From the NCBI GenBank assembly GCA_964482205.1, contig CAYZWI010000009.1, forward strand, positions 79,586-143,585: a DNA stretch of 64,000 nt. Direction: 5' to 3'. The notes below the pieces were generated by a model. The model ran no database searches, was not told the DNA's origin, and worked only from the letters and a program-made list of their open reading frames with translations. The position numbers and the translations under genes were made by a program. The DNA is from an uncultured bacterium. GTDB lineage: Bacteria > Eisenbacteria > RBG-16-71-46 > CAIMUX01 > WJJG01. Of the stretch, positions 38,211-48,627 are shown in pieces (positions within the stretch are counted from its first letter, which is position 1; each line of letters begins with the position of its first letter).

Positions 38211-38681
38211 ATGATCAGCAGGGACGAAGTCGCATCCATCATCGCTCCGATCCTGGAGGAAGCGGGGGCGGAGCTGGTGGAGGTTCAGGTGGTTCCCGGC
38301 GGGAGACGGGCGCGCTTGCGCATTTTCGTCGATCGCGAAGGCGGAATCACCGTCGGCGAATGCGGGCAGTTGAGCCGGCGCATCGGGCGGGATCTCGATG
38401 CCGTCCCGGCGCTCGCCTCCGGCTACTGGCTGGAGGTTTCGTCGCCCGGCATGCGCCGTCCGATCTGGAAGCTGGAGCATTTTCGACGCTTCGTCGGCGA
38501 ACGGCTGGTCTTCGAACTGGCCGAACCGCGCGAGGGGCGGACGCGCTTCGACGGAACGATCGAGGCGGTCGAGAACGAGCGCATCCGCTTGCGCACCGGC
38601 GAGGGTGCGTTGATCGAGACGGATGTCGCGGGAATCGCGAACGCCCATCTCGACCTCGATCCGTGGAAGCGGCGCGAATAG
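38211..38681 (+). CDS. rimP: Ribosome maturation factor RimP
   Basis: DUF150-type sequence (GYWLEVSSPGMRRPI). Conserved position immediately upstream of nusA. Confidence 0.8.
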   Translation: MISRDEVASIIAPILEEAGAELVEVQVVPGGRRARLRIFVDREGGITVGECGQLSRRIGRDLDAVPALASGYWLEVSSPGMRRPIWKLEHFRRFVGERLVFELAEPREGRTRFDGTIEAVENERIRLRTGEGALIETDVAGIANAHLDLDPWKRRE

Positions 38682-38810
38682 GAGTCGCGCGGGGCATCGA
38701 TCGCCGCCTGCGGGCGGACAAGGATGGCGCGGGGCATCGATTGCCGCCCTCGCGCGAGCAAGGAAAGCGGGGGGCGGAAAGCGCTCCGCGCGGGCAAAGC
38801 GGGGAAGCCA

Positions 38811-40304
38811 ATGACTTCAGAGATCTTGGATGCCTTGACGGTCATCGCCAAGGAAAAGGGAGTCGAGCCGGAGTACCTGCTCGAGACTCTGGAGAGCAGC
38901 CTGCTGGCCGCCGCACAGAAGAAGTATCGCCGGGCCGCGCACGTCGAGGTCAAGGTGGACCAGGGCAGCGGAGAAATCGAGATCATCGTGCACATGCGCG
39001 TCTCGAAGCTCGCCTGGGACCCGACCAGCGAAATCGACATCCACGAAGCGCGCCGCATCGATCCGGATGTGCGCGAGGGCGATGTGGTTCCCGTTTCGGT
39101 GCCGGTGGCGGAGTTCGGGCGCAACGCGATTTCCGCGGTCAAGCAGTCGCTCGTGCAGCATGTGCGCGAGGCCGAGCGCAAGAATGTCTACGAGGAGTAT
39201 GTGCGTCGCGTGGGCCAGGTGATGACCGCCACCGTTCAGCAGGTGGACTTCGGCAGCATCATCCTGCGCCTGGGCGGTGCGGAAGGGGTCATCCCTCCCG
39301 AAGAGAACATTCGTCGCGACCGGCCGAAGATCGGCGATCACATCCGCGCCCTGCTCATCAATGTCGATCCCAGCGCGCGCGGGCCGCAGGTGATCTTCTC
39401 GCGCACGCGTCCGGAATTCGTACTGAAGCTCTTCGAGCAGGAAGTGCCCGAGGTCTACGAAGGCCTGGTGGAGATCAAGGGCATCGCCCGCGAGGCGGGG
39501 GCGCGCACGAAGATCGCGGTCATTTCCCACGACGAGCGCGTGGACCCCGTCGGCGCGTGCGTGGGCGTCAAGGGCTCGCGCGTGCAGAACATCGTCAAGG
39601 CGCTCGGCGGCGAGCGGATCGACATCATCGCGATGAGCTCCGACCCGCTGATCTTCGTCAGCCGGGCCCTGAATCCCGCGCGGGTGCTGAGCGTGAGCTT
39701 CATGGGGGATCCCAAGACCGTGCGCGCGGTCGTGCCCGACGATCAGCTTTCGCTCGCCATCGGAAAGAACGCCCAGAATGTCCGCCTGGCGAGCCAGTTG
39801 ACCGGGCTGGAGATCCAGCTCGTCAGCCAGTCGCAGCACGCCTCGCTGGAAGGGCGGCGGGAAGGGGAAGTGGTCGAGCTCGAGTCGCTCACGAAGGAGC
39901 TCGGGCCGCGCCTGGTCGAACGCTTGATGAAGGAAGGCAAGGAAACGCTTCAGGATGTCCTCGACACGCCGGTGGAAGAGTTGATGAAGATCCAGGGCAT
40001 CGGGGAGAAGACGGCGAGCAAGCTCGTCACGGTGGGCGCCGCCATCCTCGAGCGCTGGTCGGCGGAACGCGAGCGCCAGCGGGCCGCGAAGGCGGCGGCA
40101 AGCGCGGAGTCCACGGAAGAGACGCAAGCCGCGGGGACCACGGAAGAGACGCAAGGCGCGGAGGGCGCGGAAGGGGCGCAAGCCGCGGAGTCCACGGAAG
40201 AGGCGACTGACGAAGAGAGCGCCGAAGCGGCGGCGGGCCAGACCATCAGCGAGGAAGGCGGAGCCTCCGAGGCGAAGGAACAGCCGGGTTCTGCCGAACG
40301 GTAA
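38811..40304 (+). CDS. nusA: Transcription termination/antitermination factor NusA
   Basis: S1 and KH domains (RTKIAVISHDERVDPVGACVGVKGSRVQNIVKALGGERIDI). C-terminal acidic repeat region. Confidence 0.9.
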   Translation: MTSEILDALTVIAKEKGVEPEYLLETLESSLLAAAQKKYRRAAHVEVKVDQGSGEIEIIVHMRVSKLAWDPTSEIDIHEARRIDPDVREGDVVPVSVPVAEFGRNAISAVKQSLVQHVREAERKNVYEEYVRRVGQVMTATVQQVDFGSIILRLGGAEGVIPPEENIRRDRPKIGDHIRALLINVDPSARGPQVIFSRTRPEFVLKLFEQEVPEVYEGLVEIKGIAREAGARTKIAVISHDERVDPVGACVGVKGSRVQNIVKALGGERIDIIAMSSDPLIFVSRALNPARVLSVSFMGDPKTVRAVVPDDQLSLAIGKNAQNVRLASQLTGLEIQLVSQSQHASLEGRREGEVVELESLTKELGPRLVERLMKEGKETLQDVLDTPVEELMKIQGIGEKTASKLVTVGAAILERWSAERERQRAAKAAASAESTEETQAAGTTEETQGAEGAEGAQAAESTEEATDEESAEAAAGQTISEEGGASEAKEQPGSAER

Positions 40305-40359
40305 CCGGGGCCGATGATCGGCCGGAAACGAGGCCCGCGGATTTCGGAAAGGGACGGCA

Positions 40360-42924
40360 TTGAGAAAGGTTCGCGTCTATCAGCTCGCTCGGGAGCTACG
40401 CCTCACGAACGAGGCGCTGCTCGACATCCTGCGCGAGATCGATTCCTCGATCACCACGCACACGGCTTCCGTGAGCGGCGAGGTAGCCGAGGAAATCCGC
40501 CAGCGTCTGAGCGGCAATGCGCCTCGGAGTGCGGCTGCGCCCGCCGGTGACCCGGTCGCGCAAGCGACCGTGACCGCCGAGGAAGGAACGGCCCAAGCCG
40601 CTCCCGCGAGAGCGGTGCGCCGTCCCGCAGCGCGCGTGACCCCCGTGCAGCCCACCGTGCCGGTATGGAAGCTTCCCCGCCTGCCGCAGGCTCCCGATCT
40701 CAGCGAGACGCTCATCAAGGCGAAGGCGGGCCCGGCGACCACGCCGCCTCCCGCTCGCCGCGTCGGACCGGTCCTGCCCAGGAGCGGCCGCCCTGGAGCG
40801 CTTCCGGCGGAGATGCCGCAGCCCGAGGCGGCGGCTCCCGGCCGGACCTACTATCCGTCCCAAACCTCGCGGCCGGGTGGACGCGGGCGAGGCATGACGA
40901 TCGAACGCGGGCTGGGCGAGCGCGACCGTGCGGGCCTCGACCGTGGGCGAGGCGCCGTCGCGCCGGGAGGAGGCGCCACCGACACTCGTCCGGGGCGCAA
41001 GGTTCGCAAGAAGAAGCGCACCCGCCGGGAAGTGGACGAACGGGAAGTGCTCGACAGCGTGCGGCGGACGATGGCGACCATCGACGGCACGCCGCGCAGG
41101 CGCCGCCGCCGCCGCCACGAAGAGGGCGAAGAGGTCCTCGGCGAGGATACCCGCACGATCAAGGCGAGCGAGTTTCTCACCGTCGCGGAATTTGCCGCGT
41201 TGCTCGGCGTGCGGCCGGCCGAAGTGATCGCCGCCTGCCTGCGGCTCGGGATCGTCGCCAATGTGAACCGGCGGCTCGACAAGGATGCGATCGAAGCGGT
41301 CGCGGACGAATTCGATTACCGGGTCGAGTTCGTCAAGGAATTCGGCGAGGAAATTCTCGAGGAGCAGGAAGAGGAGACCGAAGCGGGGGACGAAGCGCCG
41401 CGCCCCGTCGTGGTCACGGTCATGGGACATGTGGACCACGGAAAGACGAAGCTTCTCGATTACATTCGCAAGACCGATGTGATCTCGCGCGAGTCGGGCG
41501 GAATCACCCAGCACATCGGCGCCTATCAGGTGCATCTGCCCAGCGGCGGCGTGGTCACCTTCCTCGACACGCCGGGCCACGAGGCCTTCACCGCCATGCG
41601 CGCGCGCGGAGCGGATGTCACCGACCTCGTGATCCTGGTCGTGGCGGCCGACGACGGCGTGAACAAGCAGACGGTCGAGGCGATCAACCATGCCCGCGCC
41701 GCGCGCAAGCCGATCGTGGTCGCGATCAACAAGTGCGACCTTCCCAACGCCAACCCCGAGCGAATCAAGAAGGAGCTTTCCGAGCACGGCTTGCTGGTGG
41801 AGGAATGGGGGGGCGAAACGGTCGCCGTCGAAATCTCCGCCAAGCAAGGCACGAATGTCGAGCGCCTGCTGGAAATGCTGATGCTCGTCGCCGAGATGCG
41901 CGAGCTGCGCGCCCAGCCCGGCCGGCCCGCCAAGGGCACGGTGATCGAGGTGCGCAAGGACCCCGGGCGGGGCATCGTCGGCACGGTGCTCGTTCAGAAC
42001 GGCACCTTGCGCATCGGCGACTCGTTCGTTTGCGGCATCCGTCACGGCAAGGTGCGGGCGATGACCGACGACCTGGGAGAACGCGTCGAAGCCGCCGGGC
42101 CCTCGACGCCGGTCGAATTGCTCGGCTGGTCGGACGTCCCTCAGGTGGGCGACACCATCGCGGTCGTGAAGTCGGAGTCGCTGGCGCGCGTGATCGCAGG
42201 CGAACGCTCGCAGATCGCCCGCGAGCATCGCATGAAGCTGGCCTCCGACCGCTTCCGTCTCGACGACCTGCATGTCCGCATCAAGGAAGGCCAGAAGGCC
42301 GACTTGCGCCTGATCATCAAGGCCGATGTGCAGGGTTCGGCCGAAGTGCTGCGCGACTCGCTGGAGAAATTGACGAGCGATCAAGTGAGCGTGGTCGTCG
42401 TCCACGCCGGGGTCGGCAAGATCAACGAGTCGGATGTGCTGCTGGCGACCGCTTCGAACGCGATCATCATCGGCTTCCAAGTGCGCCCCGACCCGCGCGC
42501 CACGCTGCTGGCGCAGAGCGAGGGCGTGGAGATCCGTCTCTACAAGGTGATCTACGAGGCGATCGATCAGGTCAAGGACGCCATGGCCGGACTGCTCGCC
42601 CCCGAGATGAAGGAGCGGGTGCTGGGATCGGCCGAGGTGCGCGAGATCTTCCGCGTCAGCAAGGTGGGAACGGTGGCGGGTTGTCATGTGATCACCGGAA
42701 TGATTTCCCGCCAGGCGCTCGCGCGGGTGATTCGCGGCGAAGATGTCGTCTGGTCGGGAAAGATCTCGACCCTCAAGCGTTTCAAGGACGACGCCCGCGA
42801 AGTCCAGGCGGGCTTCGATTGCGGCATTTCGCTCGAGGAGAACGACGACATCCAGGTGGGCGATCTCATCGAGGCGTACGTGGTCGAGGAAGTGGCCCGC
42901 AGTGCGGCGGCCGAGACCCGCTAG
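40360..42924 (+). CDS. infB: Translation initiation factor IF-2
   Basis: G-domain [16 protein letters not shown] ... DTPGHEAF ... NKCD, with a long low-complexity N-terminal region. TTG start. Confidence 0.9.
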   Translation: MRKVRVYQLARELRLTNEALLDILREIDSSITTHTASVSGEVAEEIRQRLSGNAPRSAAAPAGDPVAQATVTAEEGTAQAAPARAVRRPAARVTPVQPTVPVWKLPRLPQAPDLSETLIKAKAGPATTPPPARRVGPVLPRSGRPGALPAEMPQPEAAAPGRTYYPSQTSRPGGRGRGMTIERGLGERDRAGLDRGRGAVAPGGGATDTRPGRKVRKKKRTRREVDEREVLDSVRRTMATIDGTPRRRRRRRHEEGEEVLGEDTRTIKASEFLTVAEFAALLGVRPAEVIAACLRLGIVANVNRRLDKDAIEAVADEFDYRVEFVKEFGEEILEEQEEETEAGDEAPRPVVVTVMGHVDHGKTKLLDYIRKTDVISRESGGITQHIGAYQVHLPSGGVVTFLDTPGHEAFTAMRARGADVTDLVILVVAADDGVNKQTVEAINHARAARKPIVVAINKCDLPNANPERIKKELSEHGLLVEEWGGETVAVEISAKQGTNVERLLEMLMLVAEMRELRAQPGRPAKGTVIEVRKDPGRGIVGTVLVQNGTLRIGDSFVCGIRHGKVRAMTDDLGERVEAAGPSTPVELLGWSDVPQVGDTIAVVKSESLARVIAGERSQIAREHRMKLASDRFRLDDLHVRIKEGQKADLRLIIKADVQGSAEVLRDSLEKLTSDQVSVVVVHAGVGKINESDVLLATASNAIIIGFQVRPDPRATLLAQSEGVEIRLYKVIYEAIDQVKDAMAGLLAPEMKERVLGSAEVREIFRVSKVGTVAGCHVITGMISRQALARVIRGEDVVWSGKISTLKRFKDDAREVQAGFDCGISLEENDDIQVGDLIEAYVVEEVARSAAAETR

Positions 42925-42976
42925 GCCGGATCATTCATCAACCCTCACATAGGGCATCCGCCCGGGCAGTCTGCTC

Positions 42977-43516
42977 ATGTTCGTCGCCGTCTCGCGGTTC
43001 GAGATCCACATTCCCGGCGAGCGCTCGCTGAAGGGCAAGCGCTCGGTCGTGACGGGAATGAAGGAACGCCTGCGCGCGCGCTTCCGCGCGGCGGTGTCCG
43101 AAGTGGGCAATCAGGAGTTGTGGCAGCGGGCGGTTCTCGGGGCGGCCCTGGTGGGAACGAGTCCTGAAGCGCTGCACGCTGGACTGGCCGCGATGCGGCG
43201 CATGATCGAGGAGAATCCGCGCTGCCAGCTTCTCTCCTGGGAGGGACGGGTGAGCGCCTTCGAGGACGGCCACCTGTCGGCGCGAAGGAACTCCGCCCAC
43301 CCGGGCGAGAATCGCATCGGGGCGGATGACGCGGGACGGGCGTTGCCGACGCCGGCCGGGGAGCATGCGCCGGCCGAGCCCGAGTGGTACGAGACCGAGC
43401 CGGACGACGAAACCTTCGGAGGCGATTGGAACCGGTTTCGCGAGCAGGCGAAGACGGATTCCGAGGACGATGGGGACGCGCGTGCGGAGGATGAGGATCC
43501 GAGTCCGAAGAGTTGA
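42977..43516 (+). CDS. DUF503 (YlxP-like) protein with acidic C-terminal extension
   Basis: MFVAVSRFEIHIPGERSLKGKRSVVTGMKERLRARF is the DUF503 core. Conserved location between infB and rbfA. Confidence 0.65.
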   Translation: MFVAVSRFEIHIPGERSLKGKRSVVTGMKERLRARFRAAVSEVGNQELWQRAVLGAALVGTSPEALHAGLAAMRRMIEENPRCQLLSWEGRVSAFEDGHLSARRNSAHPGENRIGADDAGRALPTPAGEHAPAEPEWYETEPDDETFGGDWNRFREQAKTDSEDDGDARAEDEDPSPKS

Positions 43517-43639
43517 CGGATCCGAATCCCGGCAACCGGCGAGAAGCGCTGGGAGCACCCGCATCCGGCGCGCCGGTCGTCCGGGCATGAGATCGTGCGA
43601 TCGCATCGTGGCAGCCTTCAGTTCCTGTGAGGAGGAAGA

Positions 43640-44113
43640 GTGGCGGCGCCTTTGCGCAGAGAGCGGGTCGCTTCGCAGATCCGCGACGAATTGAGCGACA
43701 TCGTCCAGCACGAGCTTTGCGATCCGCGCGTCGGCTGGACCACGGTCACCCGGGTGGAGATGAGTCCCGATCTCTGCCACGCCAAGGTCTTCATCTCGGT
43801 GTATGGCGACGAAGAGGCGCGCAAGCAGACATTTGAAGCGCTGGCGCGCGCGGCGGGCTTCATTCGCAGGGAATTGGGACGCCGCGTGCGCATGCGCGTG
43901 ACGCCGGAAATCCATTGGAAGGCCGACGAATCGTTCGAGCTCAGCCACCGAGTGGGCGAGATCCTGAAGACGATCCACATTCCTCCCGAAGAAGGCGCCG
44001 CGGGCCAGGAACCTTCGACACGCGCAAAAGAGAATGATGGCCTCGACGATCACGACGACGACGGCGATGATGACGACGACGACGACGAAGGCGAAGGAGG
44101 AAGCGGGCGGTGA
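43640..44113 (+). CDS. rbfA: Ribosome-binding factor A with poly-Asp tail
   Basis: RVASQIRDELSDIV...VTRVEMSPDLCHAKVFISVYGDEE is the RbfA KH-like core. The tail is DDHDDDGDDDDDDDEGEGG. Confidence 0.85.
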   Translation: MAAPLRRERVASQIRDELSDIVQHELCDPRVGWTTVTRVEMSPDLCHAKVFISVYGDEEARKQTFEALARAAGFIRRELGRRVRMRVTPEIHWKADESFELSHRVGEILKTIHIPPEEGAAGQEPSTRAKENDGLDDHDDDGDDDDDDDEGEGGSGR

Positions 44114-45051
44114 GTTTCAGCGCATCGCAGGCCTCGGGCTATGTGATCGGCGTCGCCAAGCCGGCGTCGTGGACGAGCCACGACGCGGTGGTGTGCGTCC
44201 GCCGCGCGCTCGGCGAGCGGCGCGTCGGCCACACTGGAACGCTCGATCCCTTCGCGACCGGCCTGCTCCTGTGCTGCGTGGGGCGCGCGACCAAGCTGTC
44301 CGGGTACCTCATGGACCTCACCAAGGAATACGAAGGCGCGATGCTCTTCGGCGTGCGCACTTCGTCGGGCGACATCGACGGAGAAGTGTTGGAAGACCGG
44401 GAGGTCCCGCTTCCTTCCGTCGATCGATTGACCGAGACGGCCCGGAGCTTTCAGGGCGAAATCGAGCAAGTGCCGCCGATGGTCTCCGCCTTGAAACACG
44501 AAGGCCAGCGCCTCTATCAGCTCGCCCGGCGAGGCATCGTGGTGGATCGGCCCGCGCGCAAGGTCTTCGTCGAATCGTTCGACATTCTCGAAGCGGGCGG
44601 GCGATGCATCCGCTTTCGCGTGCGCTGCGCGCGCGGCACCTATGTCCGCACGCTGGTCGAGGACTTCGGCGCGCGGCTGGGCGCCACCGCCTGCGTCGAG
44701 CAGCTGTGCCGCACGCGAGTGGGCTCGTTTCGCGTGGAAGACGCGGTGGACCTCGAGCGTGAACCGGTGGCCGAGCAGTTGCGCAGCCGCGCGGTCAGCA
44801 TGGCGCAAGCGCTGGACAATCTGCCTTCCTGGCGGATTCCCTCCTTCTGGGCGCGCAAGCTGCGCGAAGGACATGCGCCCCCCTGGTCGGCAATCGAAGT
44901 CGATCGCGAGCCGAGCGACGGCGAGATCGGCCGCCTGCTCGGCGCTTCCGGAGACCTGGTCGCATTGGGGAAGGCCGTCGCGACGCCCGGGGCCGAGGAC
45001 CGGCCCTGGATCGACGCGCTTTCGATGGAACTGCTGCGGGTGTTCGTGTGA
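44110..45051 (+). CDS. truB: tRNA pseudouridine(55) synthase TruB
   Basis: VGHTGTLDPFATGLL carries the catalytic Asp motif. Confidence 0.85.
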   Translation: MSFSASQASGYVIGVAKPASWTSHDAVVCVRRALGERRVGHTGTLDPFATGLLLCCVGRATKLSGYLMDLTKEYEGAMLFGVRTSSGDIDGEVLEDREVPLPSVDRLTETARSFQGEIEQVPPMVSALKHEGQRLYQLARRGIVVDRPARKVFVESFDILEAGGRCIRFRVRCARGTYVRTLVEDFGARLGATACVEQLCRTRVGSFRVEDAVDLEREPVAEQLRSRAVSMAQALDNLPSWRIPSFWARKLREGHAPPWSAIEVDREPSDGEIGRLLGASGDLVALGKAVATPGAEDRPWIDALSMELLRVFV

Positions 45052-46082
45052 TGGACGGGGAAGCGAACAACGCAACCCACAACGGCAACTCCTACCAGCG
45101 CGGCGCGCGGCTTCGCGCCGTCGTGACCATCGGGGTCTTCGACGGCCTCCATCGGGGCCATTGCGAGCTGCTCGCGCGGGTGCGAGAGAAAGCAGCCGAG
45201 GAAAACGCCACGCCCGCCGCGGTGACGTTCGATCCTCCTCCGCAAGCCCTGCTCGCGCCCGTCCGGCGTCCGTTCGAGATCACTCCCTGGCCGGAGAAGC
45301 GGCGCCTGCTCACGGAAGCGGGCATGGAGCGCATCCTGCTCATCCGGTTCACGCAGGCAACCGCGGCCCTCGATCCGGCGGTCTTCATCGAAGATGTGGT
45401 CATGGGAGAGTTCGATCCCGTCGGCCTGGTGGTCGGCTACGACTTTCGCTTCGGCAAGGGCGGCCGCGGCGACATCGATCTCCTCAGGCGATTGGGAGTG
45501 GAGCACGGTTTCTGGGTGGAGCGCGTGGATGCCGTTTGCCTCGAAGAGCGCGTGATTTCGAGCACCCGCGTGCGCGAGGCGATCGTCGCGGGGGACATGG
45601 TCGAGGCGGCCAAGCTTCTCGGAAGGCCGTTCTCGATCGCGGGGGAAGTGATCCGAGGAGCGGGCTTGGGACACCGGGAGCTGGTCGCGACGGCGAACGT
45701 CGCCGCCGGCGAGGAACAGCTCATGCCCCTCTCGGGTGTCTACGTCGTCACGGTTCTCGTCGATGCGCGACCGTATGCGGGGGTCGCCATGCTGGGGGGA
45801 TCGCCCAGCCTGGGGACGCTCTCGGATCGCCTGATGGAGGTGCATCTTCTTGATTTCCAAGGAGATCTGGTAGGCCGCCCGCTCGAGATCCGATTCCTCG
45901 AGCGCTTGCGGGACGGCCGCCGGTACGAGCGGATCGAGGATCTGCGGGCGGCCATCGAAGGGGACATCCACCTGGCAAGGCAGAAGCTGGGGGCGGGGGC
46001 TGCGGGCCCCTGGGCAAAGGCTGCGAAATCGGCTTGTCACCCAACCAGGCGAGTGTTACCTTGGGAAGGTTCTAATCGATAG
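45048..46082 (+). CDS. ribF: Bifunctional riboflavin kinase / FMN adenylyltransferase
   Basis: VVTIGVFDGLHRGHCELL in the FAD synthetase HxGH region and a C-terminal riboflavin kinase domain. Confidence 0.85.
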   Translation: MMDGEANNATHNGNSYQRGARLRAVVTIGVFDGLHRGHCELLARVREKAAEENATPAAVTFDPPPQALLAPVRRPFEITPWPEKRRLLTEAGMERILLIRFTQATAALDPAVFIEDVVMGEFDPVGLVVGYDFRFGKGGRGDIDLLRRLGVEHGFWVERVDAVCLEERVISSTRVREAIVAGDMVEAAKLLGRPFSIAGEVIRGAGLGHRELVATANVAAGEEQLMPLSGVYVVTVLVDARPYAGVAMLGGSPSLGTLSDRLMEVHLLDFQGDLVGRPLEIRFLERLRDGRRYERIEDLRAAIEGDIHLARQKLGAGAAGPWAKAAKSACHPTRRVLPWEGSNR

Positions 46083-46130
46083 GCAGGAGAGGCGCTGGAA
46101 GGTCCAGCGCGAGGGCAGCGGAGGGACGCA

Positions 46131-46400
46131 ATGGCCCTGTCGAAGGATCAAAAGCAGGCGGTGATTTCCAGGTACAAGCTCCATGGCATGGACTCGGGTT
46201 CTCCTGAGGTGCAGATTGCGCTCCTCACGGAGAAGATCCGTTACCTCACGGGGCACTTCAAGACGCACACCAGCGATCACCACTCCCGGCGCGGCCTGCT
46301 GCGCATGGTAGGGCGCCGGCGTCGCTTGCTGGAGTACTTGAAGAACGCCCGGGTGGAACGCTACCGCAAGATCGTCAAGGAACTGGATCTGCGCCGTTGA
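46131..46400 (+). CDS. rpsO: 30S ribosomal protein S15
   Basis: [36 protein letters not shown]... is the S15 signature. Confidence 0.9.
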   Translation: MALSKDQKQAVISRYKLHGMDSGSPEVQIALLTEKIRYLTGHFKTHTSDHHSRRGLLRMVGRRRRLLEYLKNARVERYRKIVKELDLRR

Positions 46401-46410
46401 TCGACGGCGC
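46391..46410 (+). terminator. Hairpin GCGCCGT-tgatcg-ACGGCGC overlapping the rpsO stop (candidate rpsO terminator / pnp leader element)
   Basis: 7-bp perfect stem read from the sequence. In E. coli, rpsO-pnp are separated by a terminator/RNase III-processed hairpin. Analogy only. Confidence 0.35.
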
Positions 46411-46498
46411 GCCGCGTTCCGTTGCCACGACGCCCCGGCGTTTGGGCCCTCCCTCATCGTGCTCCCCCGCCATCGCAGGTGAGTAGAAAGGGGTTTCC

Positions 46499-48580
46499 GT
46501 GATGCATCAAGTCGAACTGGATTTCGGCGGGCGCACGCTGCGCTTGCAGACCGGCAGGCTCGCGAAGCAGGCCAGCGCCAGTTGCCTCGTTCAGTATGCC
46601 GACACCATCGTGCACTGCGCGATCGTCTTCTCTCAGGAAACGCGCCCGATGGATTTCCTGCCATTGTATGTGGACTATCGCGAAAAGACCTACGCCGCCG
46701 GGCGTATTCCCGGCGGGTTCTTCAAGCGCGAAGGCCGTCCCAACGAGAAGGAGACGACCAGCGCCCGCCTCGTGGACCGGGCCCTGCGCCCGTTCTTCAA
46801 CGAAGGCATCCGCAACGAGATCACGATCTCGAACGAAGTGCTCTCGTCGGATCAAGAGAACGATTCGGATGTGCTCGCGATGATCGCCTCCTCGGTGGCC
46901 GTGTGCCTGTCCGATGTTCCCTTCCCCGGGCCGATCGGCGCGGTGCGCGTCGGCAAGGTGAACGGCGAGCTGATTCTGAATCCCACCTTCCCGCAGCTTC
47001 AGGAGAGCACGATCGATCTGGTCTTCGCCGGCACGCGCGACTCGATCATCATGACCGAGGGCGAGGCGCGCGAGATCCATGAAGACGAGTTCCTCGAAGC
47101 GGCGCGCTTCGCGCAGCCCGAGATCGTGCGGCTGGTCGAGCTGCAGGAGCAGCTCGTCGCGCTGGCGGGCAAGCCCAAGCGCACCATTTCCACGGTCGAA
47201 TTGCCCGCGGGTCTCGCCGGCGAAGTGGAGAGCCGCTTCGGCGCGCGCGTGCGCGAGGTCATGGAGATGGCCGGCAAGCAGCACCGGACGCAGACGCGGC
47301 GCGATCTGCTGGTCGAAGCCCAGCAGGCGATGGCCGAGGCCTATCCCGAGTCCGCCGCCGCGGTCGCCACGATCTTCGAGCGCATCGAGAGCGCGCACGT
47401 GCGCCATCTCGTTCTGCACGAGGGCCGCCGCACCGACGGGCGGGCCTTCGACGAAGTGCGCCCGATCGAGTGCGAGGTCGCGATGTTGCCGCGCACGCAC
47501 GGCTCGGCGCTCTTCCAGCGCGGCGAGACGCAGGCGATGGTCGTGACCACGCTCGGCACATCAATGGACGAGCAGCGCATCGAGGAGCTGGAAGGGCAGA
47601 GCTGGAAGACCTTCATGCTCCACTACAATTTCCCTTCGTACAGCGTCGGCGAAGCGCGTCCCTATCGCGGGCCTTCGCGGCGCGAGATCGGCCACGGTTC
47701 GCTCGCCGAGCGGGCGCTCACCGCGGTCGTGCCCTCGAACGAGAGCTTCCCGTACACGATCCGGATCGTGTCGGACATCCTCGAATCGAACGGCTCCTCT
47801 TCGATGGCTACGGTCTGCGGCGGAAGCCTGTCGCTGATGGACGCGGGCGTGCCGATCAAGGCCCCGGTGGCGGGCGTCGCGATGGGCATGATCGGAGGCG
47901 AGGGGCGCTACGAAATCCTGACCGACATCCAGGGCGTGGAAGACCACCTGGGAGACATGGATCTCAAGGTTGCCGGGACCCGGGAGGGAATCACCGCGGT
48001 ACAAATGGACCTGAAGATCCAAGGGCTCGGAATCGAGGTGCTCGCAGGAGCTTTGCAGAGGGCTCGCACCGCGCGCCTGCACATCCTGGAGAAGATGGAA
48101 GCAGTTCTGCCCGAGCCGCGGCAGGCGTTGTCGCGCTATGCGCCACGGATCACGGTGCTTCAGGTTCCGCCGGAGAAGATCCGGGAGATCATCGGCCCGG
48201 GGGGCAAGATGATCAAGAAGATCACGGACGAAACGGGCGCAGTGATCGACATCCAGGACACCGGGGAGGTGAAAATCGCTTGCGTGGATGCAGCGCAAGC
48301 CAACCGGGCGATCGAGATGATCCGGGCGATTACCGAAGATCCGGAGGTGGGAGCGATCTACAACGGCCGCGTCGTGAGGATCACGAACTTTGGGGCCTTC
48401 GTAGAGATCCTTCCCGGAAAAGACGGGCTGATCCACATCTCCGAATTGGATCACAAGCGTGTCCAGCGGGTGGAAGACGTCGTCCGGGAGGGCGAGATCG
48501 TCCGGGTGAAGGTGATCGGCGTCGACGAGGAGGGCAAGGTCCGGCTGAGTCGCAAGCAGGCGATCGAGCCGCCTCGCTGA
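46499..48580 (+). CDS. pnp: Polyribonucleotide nucleotidyltransferase (PNPase)
   Basis: Two RNase PH domains plus KH and S1 domains. Canonical PNPase sequence throughout. GTG start followed immediately by ATG. Confidence 0.9.
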   Translation: MMHQVELDFGGRTLRLQTGRLAKQASASCLVQYADTIVHCAIVFSQETRPMDFLPLYVDYREKTYAAGRIPGGFFKREGRPNEKETTSARLVDRALRPFFNEGIRNEITISNEVLSSDQENDSDVLAMIASSVAVCLSDVPFPGPIGAVRVGKVNGELILNPTFPQLQESTIDLVFAGTRDSIIMTEGEAREIHEDEFLEAARFAQPEIVRLVELQEQLVALAGKPKRTISTVELPAGLAGEVESRFGARVREVMEMAGKQHRTQTRRDLLVEAQQAMAEAYPESAAAVATIFERIESAHVRHLVLHEGRRTDGRAFDEVRPIECEVAMLPRTHGSALFQRGETQAMVVTTLGTSMDEQRIEELEGQSWKTFMLHYNFPSYSVGEARPYRGPSRREIGHGSLAERALTAVVPSNESFPYTIRIVSDILESNGSSSMATVCGGSLSLMDAGVPIKAPVAGVAMGMIGGEGRYEILTDIQGVEDHLGDMDLKVAGTREGITAVQMDLKIQGLGIEVLAGALQRARTARLHILEKMEAVLPEPRQALSRYAPRITVLQVPPEKIREIIGPGGKMIKKITDETGAVIDIQDTGEVKIACVDAAQANRAIEMIRAITEDPEVGAIYNGRVVRITNFGAFVEILPGKDGLIHISELDHKRVQRVEDVVREGEIVRVKVIGVDEEGKVRLSRKQAIEPPR

Positions 48581-48627
48581 CGGGCGCGCCCCGCCGGGGG
48601 AATGCGCCGTCGGCTGGAAGGAAGCGC

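Noticed and set aside
46499-46505. Exact pnp start coordinate
   Set aside because: My hand count of the printed sequence placed the GTG-ATG one base later than the ORF-track coordinate. I kept the computed track coordinate (46499, GTG, with ATG as the next codon) and regard the discrepancy as my counting error. It is not a biological feature.
47470-48627. N-terminal ~385 codons of ORF 47470..49605 overlapping pnp
   Set aside because: An alternate frame of pnp with Arg/Gly-rich nonsense. The real DUF3108 protein starts at the ATG at 48628 with a signal peptide.
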